DNA of 64,000 nt from the human T2T-CHM13v2.0 reference genome, Homo sapiens, in the NCBI RefSeq assembly GCF_009914755.1, contig NC_060933.1. One strand, given 5' to 3'. The position numbers and the translations under genes are program-made. Shown one piece after another: positions 26,652-40,578 of this stretch. Below the pieces are notes generated by a model. It had not been told where the DNA came from and ran no database searches. It worked only from the letters and a program-made list of their open reading frames with translations. Within the stretch, counting starts at the first letter, position 1. The number at the start of each line of letters is the position of its first letter.

Positions 26652-28324
26652 ATTTTAATTGGGTCTGATTATTGGTAATATTGGTAATATTTGGTAATAT
26701 TTGAGCAACTTGCTTTTAACTGTAGGCTTTTGAAAAAAACCATTTTTTTGTGGATTCTTAAATATTGTAGTAAATGGAAATGCCCTTTTTATGGGAGCCT
26801 GTGCTGGGGCTTCACAGTCACACAGAGTTGCCTTTGAGAACAAGAATCAGTTATAAACTATGTAAAGTTGGGTAATCTAACTTATCAAAGTTCTAGCTTT
26901 CTCATTTGTAAAATTTTAATTGGGTCTGAGTTTTAATAATAAAACCTTTATTCTGAAGGTTTTATTATATTTTTCAGAATAATAAGACTCCTAAGGTTAA
27001 TGTTTTTAGTCTGATGTTATTGATTCAGTCCCATTAGTGTGAGGGAGAAGCCTTCTGTGGTATGATGCCACTAGGAACACAGAGGTACCACCTGTCAAGA
27101 AGGATTTAAGCCATTGTTGCGGTGACTGAGTGAGATGCCAGTACTCAGTAAGTTCCATGGACAAACACGTGACCTTGAGAAATAGCAGAAAAGATTTTAA
27201 CACATATTTATGTTAGATTAAATGGGTAACTGCCTGGGAATTTTATAGAGTATCCAAAATAGCAACTGTGGGTGAGTGTTATCAAATGATTAAGCATGGA
27301 AGTGAAGTACAATAACCATACTCTTTAAGGAGAAGCCCTTCCAGCTCTCTTCCCCACTTTGTGCCCTAATCTGGTGACAACATCTTAGAAAGCACTTGTG
27401 ATGATATGAAGAATAATGGGGCTGATCCAGAATCTAACTGATTTATTCCACAGTAATGGTTCTGTTTTGTCAGGGATTCTGTTGTTTTGTCAAATTTACA
27501 ATCAATATAGCACTTCAGTATCATTTTGTTGTTGTAATAGTGAAAATCCTCAGTGATTTCTTTAAGCTGCTCTGTCTTTTAAGAGAACCTCTACCACAGC
27601 CCCAAAGGGGACCCTGTCAGTGAAAGTCTGGTTTACCAGCCAAATCCTCAGATATCTCTCTAGTTCCCCATTGGCTGTGAGTTATTTGACCTTCTGAAAC
27701 AGCTGCCCTAGAATTGTACAGATATCTTAAAAGGTATTAACTTTCATTTTTAAATCAGTGACATTGACAAATCAGAGAAGTGTGCTGGTCTAAGCAGTTT
27801 TGTTTCAAGCAGTATCCTCTGTTTTACTTCTATCCCAGACACTGATGAGCAGGGGTGTTTTTCTACATTGAAACTTTGGCTATAGTGATAAATTATCTCA
27901 ATAGGAAGTATAATCCTCTATATAATTAGTGAAAGTTTTACTTAAACAAAAGTGAATATTCTAGTTTCTGATGAACATTCACTAGATAATGGTTTTCTTG
28001 TTTAGAGAGTGTATCTTTGTGTGCCTCTGTAGAAAATTCCTGTGAGCTGCTTTTTTTTCCTCTTTCATTGCGATCAATTTTTTAAACTGATTATTCTATT
28101 TTAGGTAATATTTGAGCAACTTTCTTTCAACTGTAGGCTTTTGAAAAATCAGTTTTTGTGGATTTTTAAATATTACAGTAAATGGAAATGCCTTTTTTAT
28201 GGGAGCCTGTGCTGGGGCTTCACAGTCACACAGAGTTGCCTTTGAGAACAAGAATCAGTTATAAACTATGTATAAAGTTGGGTGATTTAACTCCTCAAAG
28301 TTCTAGCTTTCTCATTTATAAAAT
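26652..28324 (+). repeat. ~220-bp dispersed direct duplication (26693-26914 and 28104-28324); first copy bracketed by a 17-bp direct repeat
   Basis: Both copies read ggtaatatttgagcaactt...gggagcctgtgctggggcttcacagtcacacagagttgcc...ttctagctttctcattt; attttaattgggtctga at 26652-26668 and 26913-26929. Confidence 0.95.
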
Positions 28325-29153
28325 GAGCATAATTGTGTGAGGAAAAATAAGATTATCCACTTAATGAGCTTAACTCTGCACTTGGCAGATAATAAGCTCC
28401 CATAAGACCTTTGTTGTTATATTTTTTCTTCTTATCTCTGTTGCAGCACTTTTCTATTATTTAAAACTTTTTCTATCAAGCAGTATTGTCTGTTATTCTT
28501 TCATATAGTTTTGTTCACTTATAGCATACTACGTCAATTTTCATAAACAAGATTGTATCTATATGGATACATGTAATAGAACATGAATATGTATCAAACA
28601 CTATAAAATTTAAATTTATATATAAGGATGCTTATAAAATGACTCATATTGACTATATTCAAATTGATGAGTTTCTAGAAGGAAAAATAAAAATAGTAGG
28701 GAAAGCAAATAGAAAATTTTGTTTGGCTCCATCTTAGGAGTTCAAGGAGAGAGGCCTGACTAAAGTTTCTATTCAGAGATACAAAAATGTTTTAATACTT
28801 ATACATCACAGTATATTATCAATGCAAAACCGCATAATCTCCTTTCCTCTTTCCCTCTTAATGGTGCTATGATATTCTCAAATTCTATGTATGACTTTTT
28901 TTTATAATTTGGTCTCAGAGAGGCTGAGTTTGGAGTTTCCTTTATTTTGTGGCAATAAAGATTTATTTATTCCTTCATTCCTGTAACCCTGAAAAAGAAT
29001 TTTAGGCCCTTCTCACTAGGGTCTATCCTTATTTTCCTATGATACAAAGAGTATTTCAATTAGAGAAGAGACTAAACAAGAGGCATAAAAAATAGGAACC
29101 AAGTAAAAATTATTATTATTTGATCCTTGAAAACACACATAAGAAAATCACCT

Positions 29154-29445
<292 letters not shown>

Positions 29446-29924
29446 GATTCAACAGCTCACATTTTTTAATACTTTTTTTTGGAAATTAATTTAATAATCA
29501 GAAATACCTCCCTTTGTATAAGTTATCAGTTAAAATGAAAAGAAGCAAATACTGTTTATAATAGATTTAGAAGGCATAAAATACCACTGGCAGGCAGGAG
29601 AGGGGTAAGAAATGTACAAGCTACATGGGAAAAGAAAGGTTAAAACTTTACTATGAGGTATATAAGGAGATCTGTGTAAATTCTCATTTATGGATATGAA
29701 GACTCAGTAATGTAAAGATGTTAATCCTCTCTAATTTAACCCAGAATAAAATGATGTAATTCAAAATTTTACTTTGAAGAATGTTCATTCAAGAATAAAC
29801 AAGGCAAGTGTACAGATGCCAGCAAGATGGTGAAATAGGACATTCGTCTGCAGAATCATCTATTTGAACCACTGTTGACATCTGAAAATACCACCGAAAG
29901 AGCTAAGTGAACTTAAAAGAAAAT

Positions 29925-31410
29925 AGAAAAATAATTCAAAATAGCCAAAGCAATCCAAAGCAAAAAGAACAAAGCCAGAGGTATCACATTACCCAACTTC
30001 AAACTAAAAGGTTACAGTAACCTCAACAGTCTGGTACTGGTATTAAAACAGACACATAGAACAATGGAACAGAATAGAGAACCCAGGAATAAAGCTGCAT
30101 ACCTACAGCCATCTAATCTTTGACAAAGTCAACAAACATAAGCAATGGGGAAAGGACTATCTATTCAATAAATAGTGTTAAGATCACTGGTGAGCCATAT
30201 GCAGAAGAATGAAGCTAGAACCCTACATTTTACCATATATGAAACTGAACTCAAGGTGGATCAAATATTTAAATGTAAGACCTCAAACTGTAAGAATCCT
30301 AGAAGAAAACCTATGGAACACCGTTCTGGACATTGGCCTTGGGAAAGGATTTATAAGTCCTAAAAGCAATTGCAGCAAAAACAAAAATTGACAAGTGGGA
30401 TCCGGCTAGACTAAAGAGCTTCTGCACAGCAAAAGAAACTATCAACAAAGTAAACAGACAACGTACAGAAAGGGAGAAAATATTTGCAAACTATGCATCC
30501 AACAAAGGTTTAATATTCAAAATTTATGAGGAACTTAAGCAATTAGGCAAGCAAAAAGCAAACAACCCCACTTAAAAATGTACAAAATATATGAACAAAC
30601 ATTTCTCAAAAGAAGGCGTAAACATGGCCAATAAACATATGAGAAAGTGTTCCACATCACTTATCATCAGATCAGTGCAAATTAAACCCACAATAAGATA
30701 CCATCTCATACCAGTCAGAATGGCTATTACTAAAAAGTCAAAAAACAACAAATGCTGGTGAGGCTGTGGAGAAAAGGGAACACTTACATACTGTTGGTGG
30801 GAATGTAAATTAGTTCAGCAACTGTGGAAAAAAATTTGGAGATTTCTCAAAGAACTTAAAAGAGAACTACCATTCAACCTAGCAATCCCATTACTGGGTA
30901 GATATCCAAAAGAAATCTAATCATTCTACCAAAAAGACACATGCACTTGTGTGTTCATCATGGCAGTATTCACAATAGCAAAGACATGGAATCAACCTTG
31001 GTGCTTATCAGTAGTGGATTGAATAAAGAAAATATGGTGTATATATATACACCATGGAATACTATGCAGCCATAAAAAATAATGAAATCATGTCCTTTGT
31101 AGCACCATGATGCAGTTGGGGGCCATTATCCCAAGTGAATTAACACAGGAACAGAAAATCAAATACTGCATGTTTGCACTTGTAAGTAGAAGCCAAACAT
31201 TGATAACTCATGGATATAAGGATGGCAACAATAGACACTAGAGACTACTGGAAGGGAAAAGGAGGGAGTGGGACAGTGGTTGAAAAACTAACTGTTTAGT
31301 TAGTACCTGGGTGAAGGGATCATTCATACCCCAACCTCAGCATTACACAATATACCAAGGTAACAAACCTGCATATGTACCTCCTGAATCTAAAATAAAT
31401 GTTGGAAAAA
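29925..31410 (+). mobile_element. L1PA16/17-like 5'-truncated LINE-1 nested in the L1MA
   Basis: ORF2 C-terminal sequence (track ORF MKLEPYILPYMKLNSRWIK) and 3' UTR gggatcattcataccccaacctcagcattacacaatatacc...ctgaatctaaaataaa. Confidence 0.82.
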
Positions 31411-31432
31411 ACTAGAGATCCGGAACTGGGAC

Positions 31433-31635
31433 TGCTCTGGTTTGAATGTGTCCCTCAAAATTTATGTTATGAGGGAGTGGGTTTCTTATAAAAGGACCCT
31501 ACTTTTGTCTCTCTCTCACCCATGTGATGCCTTCTGCCTTGTTATGACACAGCAAGAAGGCCTTCACAGATGCCACCACCTTGATCTTGAGCATCCCAGT
31601 CTCCAGAACTGTTACAAATAAATTTCTGTTTATCT
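31433..31635 (+). mobile_element. MST-type MaLR LTR fragment (internally deleted)
   Basis: tgctctggtttgaatgtgtccctcaaaatt...catgtgatgccttctgcc...gcaagaaggccttcacagatgc...ctccagaactgt...aataaatttctgtt. Confidence 0.75.
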
Positions 31636-31982
31636 AAAAAAGGAAAAATTCAAAAATTAGTAAGTCATTAAATGAATAAAATGAGAAAATTAAAGATTGA
31701 AATTATACAAAAAACTAACAAATTCTGGAGCTGAGAAATGCATGAATTAAATGAAAATTGCAATAGAGAATGTCAACAGCAGAATCAATGAAGCAGAAGA
31801 AAGGCTCTGAACTCAAAGACAGTTTAGTGAAATTATACAATTGGAGAAAAAAGAATATAAAGTAATGAAGAATGCTTATGGAACTTACAGGAAAGCATCA
31901 AAAGAACAAAACTTAAAAGTATGGACACTGAAAAAGGAGAATAGAGGGACAAAGGTCTAGAAAGTTTAGTAAAGAAACAATA

Positions 31983-32150
31983 GGCTGGGTGTCATGGCTC
32001 ATACCTATAATGTCAGCGCTTTGGGAGGCCGAGGTGGGAGAGTCGCTTGAGCCCAGGAGTTTGAGGTTGCAGTGAGCCATGATCATGCTATTGCACTCCA
32101 GCCTGGCTAATAGATCAAGTTTTTATTGTAAAGAAAGAGATAGAGAGAGA
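31983..32150 (+). mobile_element. Monomeric Alu (FRAM/FAM-like) with GA-rich tail
   Basis: Single ~135-bp monomer ggctgggtgtcatggctc...gcttgagcccaggagtttgaggttgcagtgagcc...ccagcctgg. Confidence 0.75.
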
Positions 32151-33523
32151 GAGGAAACAGTAGCAGAAACAAGGAAGGAGGGAGGGAGCAAAGAAGAAAG
32201 GAAGACAGGAAGGAAGGAAAAAAGGCAGGCAGGAAGGCAGGCAGAAAAAGTTTTATCAATCTGGGGGAAAATTTACATTTTCATACACAGGAAGGTCAAA
32301 GGTCTCTAATCAGATTCAATCCAAGCAAGACTACACCAAGACATATTATTATCAAACTTTGAAAATTCAAGGACAAAAAGAGTATTCTGCAGCAAAAGAG
32401 CATCAAGACAAAAGAAGCATGTCACATATAAGGGAATTCCATTAATACTAGAAGCAGACATCACAGCAGAAACCTTACAGGCCAGGGAAGAGCGGGATGA
32501 TATATTCAAGTGCTGAAAGGAAAAAAACAAAACATAACAAAAACTGTCAACCAAGAATACACAGCAAAGCTCTTCTACAGAAAGAAAAGAGAAAAGGACT
32601 TTTGCAGAGACACACACACACAAAGTCAAGAGTTCATTACTCTCAGAAGTGTCTTACAAGAAATGCTAAAGGAAGTTCTTTGGGCTGAAAGAAAAGGATG
32701 TTAATTAGTAACACAGAAACATAAGAAAGTTTGAAACTCACTAGTAAAAGTAAGTACAAAAAGTTTAAGTCAAAAGTAAGTACAAAAGTAAGTCAAATTT
32801 TAAAACTGTGGTGGTAGTGTTTAAGTAACATTTATTACAGTGGTTAAAACAAACTATTAAAAATAGTTAAAGCTGCAATAATTCATTAAGGGTTACACAA
32901 TATAAAAAGCATCAAAAACATAAAGTGTGGGTGGGTAAAAATGTTGAATTTTTGTGTGTGATCACGGTTAAGTTGTATTCAAGTTAAAAAAACTTGCTGC
33001 AACTATAAGATATTTTATGTCAGCCTCCTGGTAACCACAAAGCAAAAACCTGTACTAGATATACAGAAGATACAAAGTAAGGAATCAAACCATGCCACTA
33101 TAGAAAATTGCCTAATCACAAAGGAAGACGGAAAGAGAAGGAAGGAACAAAGGAAAACAAAGCTAGAAAGAATGAACTAAATGGCTGTAGTCAGGAAACA
33201 AAGCCAGAAAAGAATGAACTAAATGACTGTAGTCAGTCTTACCTGGCAACAATTACCTTAAATGTAAATAAATTAAACTATTCAATCAGAAGACATAGTG
33301 TGACTTAATGGATTATAAAAACCAGACCCAGCTCTGTGCTACACACAGGGAGCTCGCTTCACTTATAAGGACACACATAGACTGAAAGCAAAGGGATGGA
33401 AAAAAGATACTCTATGCAAAGGAAACCAATAAAAAGCAGAAGTAGCTGTACTTATACCAGATAAAATAGATTTTAAGTCCAGAACTGCCACAAGGGACAA
33501 AGTCAGTATGTAATGCTAAAGGG

Positions 33524-33836
<313 letters not shown>

Positions 33837-34256
33837 TTAACCAAGAGAATGTAACAGTTGTAAATATGTGTGCACCAAATGATGGAATATCTGAATATAT
33901 AAGGCAAATACTAACAGATCTGAAGGGAGGGGGGGACTTAATAGGAGGGAAATTCTATATCCTATTTTCAGCAATAGACAGCTCATCCAGACAGAAAATC
34001 AGTAAGGAAAAATTAGACTTAAACTATATGTTAGACCAAATGGACCTACCAGACATAAACTGAACATTGCATCCAACAGCAGCAGAAGACACCTTTTTCA
34101 AAAACACACAGAGAACATTCTCCAGGATAGATGATATGTTAGGCCACAAAACAAGTCTTAATAAATTTAAGGAGATTGAAATCGTATCAGTTATACTTTC
34201 TGACCACAATGGTATGATTCTAGAAATCAGTAACTGAAGGAATTTTCAGAAAATTT

Positions 34257-34633
<377 letters not shown>

Positions 34634-35975
34634 TTAAAATGTCTTTAGACAAACAAAAATTGACCCATGCCATATCAAGACACATGGGATACAGCAAAAG
34701 CAATTCTAACTTTATAGCAATAATGGCCTACATCAGCAAGGAAGAATGATATCAAATAAACAACCAAAGATTACACCCCAAGGAACTAGAATAACAAGAA
34801 CAAACTAAGCTCAAAGTTAAAGAAGGAAAGAAATAATAAAGATCAGAGCAGAAACAAATAAAATACAGACTAGAAAAACAATAAAAAAAATCCATAAAAG
34901 TCAGGTTTTAAAAAATATATAAATATATATAAAAATATAACATATAAACAAAATAGACAAATCTTTAAGAAAAAAGTCTCAAAATCAGAAATGAAAGAGG
35001 CAACATTACAACCAATATTACAGAAATACAAAGGATCTTAACAGACTACTATGAATAAGTATACCTCAACAAATTGGACAACCTAGAAGTGGATAAATTT
35101 CTGGACATATACAACCTGCCAAAACTGAACCATAAAAAAAGAAAATCTGAGCAAACCAATAATGAACAATAAAATTGAATCAGTAGTAAAAAGCTCTAAT
35201 TAAATAAAGACCTAGGCCCTGATGGCTTCACTGCTGAATTTTACCAGGCATTTAAAGAACTAATACTAATTATTCTCAAACACTGCCAAAAAATGGAAGA
35301 GAAGGGAATACTTTCAAACTCATTTTATAAAACCAGCATTACCCTGATACCAAACTCAGAAAGTACACTACAAAAAAAGACAATTATAGGCCAATATCCT
35401 CATGAGCATAAATGCAAAAACTCTATGAAATTTTAGCAAACCAAATTCAACAGCATATTAGAAAGATCATTCATGATAATCAAGTGAGATTTATCTGTGG
35501 GATGAATTGATGGTCCAATATAGGCAAATCTATAAATGTAACGTATCATGTTAATAGAACAAAGGACAAAAAACATATGATTATCTCAATGGACACAGCA
35601 GAAGCATTTGACAAAATGTCTAACAACCTTTTATTCTAAAATCTCTCAACATATTGGTTGTAAAGAGGACAATATAGCTCGACAAAATAAGGGTCACATA
35701 TGACAAACCCTCAGCTAACATCTTATTCAGTGGTGAAAAGTTGAAAACTCTTCCTCTGAGATCCAAACAAGACAAGGATGCCCACTATCACCACTTCTTT
35801 CAACACAGTACTGAAAGTTCTATCCAGAGCAATTAGACAAGAAAAAGAAGAAAAAAAATCCAAATTTGAAGAAAACAGAATTTAAATTGTCCCTCTTTGC
35901 AGATGACATGATCTTATATATAGAAAGCCCTAAAGACTTCAACAAAAAATTATTAGAACTAATGCATAAATTTCA

Positions 35976-36260
35976 GGCCAGGCATGATGGCTTATGCTTG
36001 TAATCTCAGCACTTTGGGAGGCCAAAGTAGGAAGATCACTTGACTCCAGTGGTTTGAGACCTGGGCAACATGGCAAGACCCCCATTTCTACAAAAAAATA
36101 AACAACGAGCTGGGCATGGTGGCATGTGCCTGTGGTCCCAGATACTCAGGAGGCTGAGGTGGGAGGATCACTTGAGCCTAGGAGGTTCAGGCGGCAGTGA
36201 GCTGTGATAGTGCCACTGCACTCCAGCCTGGATGACAGAACAAGACTCTCAAAAGAAAAT
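35976..36260 (+). mobile_element. AluJ
   Basis: gggaggatcacttgagcctaggaggttcaggcggcagtgagctgtgatagtgcc; degenerate TSD aactaat..ataaatt. Confidence 0.88.
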
Positions 36261-38360
36261 AACCCCAAATAACTAATAAATAAATTCAATAAAGTTACAG
36301 TACAACATCAACAGAAAAATCAGTTATGTGGTCTATATACTAATAATGAAGTGTCTGAAAAAGAAATCAAGAAAATAATCCAATAAGATACTTATGAATA
36401 AATTTAACCAAGGTAGTGAAAGAGTTGTACACTGAGGTTTACAGAATTTTATAGTAGACTATAAAATATTGATGAAAGAACTTAAAGATGACAGGAATCG
36501 AAAGATATCCCCATGTTCATGGATTGGAAGAATTAATATTAAAATATTCATAATACCTAAGGTGATCTACAGATTCAGTGCATTACCTATGAAAATTCTA
36601 ATGACATTTTCCACATAAATAGAGAAAATGATCCTAAAATTTGTGTGTAACCACAAAGGACCTCCAATAACCAAAGCAATCTTGAGCGTAAAGAACAAAG
36701 CTGGAGGTATCACACTATCTGACATCAAAATGTACTACAAAGCTGTAGCAATCAAAATAGCATGGTACTGACATAAAAAACAGACACATACATAGACCAA
36801 TGGAACACAATAGAGAGCCCAGAACTAAATCCAGGCATTTATTGTCTGTTGATTTTTGACAGAGGTGCTAAGAATACACAATGAAGAAAGTTTAGTTTCT
36901 TCAGTAAATGGTATTGGGTAAGTGGGATATACATGCACAACAGAATGAAATTAGACCCTTATCTCACACTATATGCAAAAATGAACACAAAATGGATTAA
37001 AGAGTTAAACTTATGACCCATAACTGTGAAACTACTAAGAGAAAACACAGGGGAAAAGCTCCATGATATTGGTCTAGGAAATCATTTTCTGGATACAACC
37101 CCAAAAGCATTGGCAATAAAAGCAAAATTAGACAGATGAGGTTATTTCAAACTAATTTTCTGCACCACATAGGAAACAATCAGCAGAGTAAAAAGACAAC
37201 CTATGGGATCGGAGGAAATATTTTCAAACAATACATCTGATAAGGGGTTAATATTTAAAATACATAGGCAACTCAAACATCTCAATAGCAAGAAAACAAA
37301 TAACTGTGCTTTTCAAAAATGGGCAAAAGACCTGAAAAGACATTTCTCAAGAAAGATATATGCCTGGCCAACAGGTATATGAAAAAATGCTCAATATCAC
37401 AAATCATCGGGGAAATGCAAGTTAGAACCACAATGAGATATCACCTCGTACTTGTTAGAATGGTTATTATCAAAAAGACAAAAGATAACAAGTGTCGATG
37501 AAGATGTGAAGAAAAGAGGATCCCTGTATACTGTTGGTGGCAATGTAAATTTGTATATCCATTATGGAAAGCAGTGGGGAGTTTCCTCAAAAAATCAAAA
37601 ATAGAATTACCAAATGATTCAGCAATCCCACTATTGTGTATGTATCCAAAGGAAATTAAATCAGTATGTCTTTTAGATATCTGTACAACCATGTTCATTG
37701 CAGTATTATTCATAATAGCCAAGATTTGGAATCAACTGAAGTGTCCATCTGTGGATGAATGGATAAAGAAAATGTGGTGTACATACACAATGGAATGCTA
37801 TTTGGCCATAAAATAAAAGAAATCCTATTTATTTGTGAGAACATAGATGAACCTGGAGGACATTATGTTCGGTGTAATAAGTCAGGCACAGAAAGACCAA
37901 TACTACAGGATCCAGCTTATATGTGGAGTCTAAAAATGTTGAGCCCATAGAAGCAGAAGGTGGAATAGTTGTTACCAGGGACTAGCGAGTTTGGGAGTTG
38001 GGGAGATGTTGGTCAAAGGATACAAAATTTCAGTTATGTAGGAGGAATAAGTTCAAGAAATCTATCGCACAAAATGGTGACTATAGTTAATAACAAAGTA
38101 CTGTGTTCTTGAAAATTGCTGAGAATAGATTTTTAGTTTTCTCACCACAAAAATAAGTATGTGAGGTAATGCATATTTAATTAGCTTGATGTACTCATTC
38201 AATTATGTATGCATGTTTCAAAACATCAAGTTGTACATAGTGCATACATATTTTATTCATCAAATTTAAAAAAATTAATTTTCATAAAAGGATAAGCAGT
38301 ACAACTGGCAACAAGAAATTGAAAAAGGAGTTAGTCTTACCAATTAGAAAAATACCTAGA

Positions 38361-38687
<327 letters not shown>

Positions 38688-39220
38688 TTAGTATGCTTGA
38701 TATTAATAGCAGTGGAAAAAATAGTATTCACTAACAAATTCAAATATATATGCTGATAAAAGATGTGGCATTTTAAATTAGTAAGAAAAAAATTAATAAA
38801 TGGTACTGGGGAAGCTAGGTATCCCTCAGGAAAAAATTAATAAAACTGGACCATTACCCTATTCCTTGCGTCAAAGTAGATTGTAGATGAATTAAAGATT
38901 TTAAAGTAGCCACAGAAACAGTTCTAGAAGATTCTGGGAGAGGTTTGCATATATAATGTGGGAGCGGGCATGTATTTCTATGCAAGATGTAAAACCAAGA
39001 CCACATTAAAGAGACTAATAAATGAAATTATTTGAAACTTACCAGAAGATATCAATTTATAAATGGGAAATAATATTTTAATATACATGACACAGTTTTT
39101 TTGTAAAGTGCTCTTACACATCAATGGATAAAGATTAAGAAAAGCAATGTAAAATTGAGAAGGATTGATAAGCATTCCACATGAAGAAAAAATAGTTCAT
39201 AAATTTATGAGATAATGCTT

Positions 39221-39561
<341 letters not shown>

Positions 39562-39799
39562 TTAAAGAAATGCAAATTAAAACAGCAGTGAGGTACTACT
39601 CAGTTTATTAGAACAACTAAAACATTTACTGAGGCTGTGTTGCTTAGGACATTACTTTCAACTATACTTTCATAGTTAATGCATTAAATTTAAAGTCTCT
39701 TAAAATTAAATAGTATGCAAACATGCAATATTATGGATATTATTGCTCAGCATAATGCTCAGGTTAAAAATAATCAGTTTTAAGAATAAATTTAAGTAT

Positions 39800-40035
39800 G
39801 AAGACATTATGTATCTTGAGTGCTTACTGTGCACCAAACATGATTCTTTGTGCTTTGTATATATTAAAATCCTCGCAGAACTCTATGAGCTAGATATTAA
39901 TATTCTTCCCAGATGAAAACAAGGAAAGCAAAAAGACAGGCTTTATTTATTTGCCCCAATTATAGAGCTAGTTAGTGGTAGCACAATAATTTGAACCCAA
40001 GTGGCCTGGCTGCAGAATCTTTACTCACAACCCCT
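39800..40035 (-). mobile_element. MIR SINE
   Basis: ttgagtgcttactgtgcaccaaac...agctagttagtggtagc...tttgaacccaagtggcctggctgcaga. Confidence 0.75.
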
Positions 40036-40546
40036 CACCACATCTGGGAATGTTTTAGGTCTGTTTCATGTGTGCACATGAAAAGGTAAAACTCAGATGA
40101 TTCAATTTCAGGAACCGGTGCCTTTTTATGAATATGATTTCTTGAAGAACCATTTGGCACTATCTATAAAATTAAAGTTCCAAAAAATGATCAACTTGCA
40201 GTGTAGTGAATGGAGGTAATGCAAAAAGAGTGATGCTTTCAGTTTCTCTCAATGTATAGTTTACGTTAAGCAGCAATGCTACTTCTAGGAATTTATCCCA
40301 CAGTCATAGTGTAATATATGCATATGTGCATGAAGAGATTAACTAACATTTTATGAATATAATGGTAAATATGTTAGTACAGTTCTCTTTCAGTGGTCAT
40401 GGTACATTTATACTCTGGAATAGCATGCAGCCTTGAGAAATAATGAGGTAAACATACTTGCTGTGAATGAACTTCAAGATATTTTTCTAAAATCAAAGAA
40501 TAAGGTAAGATATTCTCCCATTTGAAATTCCCACAATGAATATATG

Positions 40547-40578
<32 letters not shown>

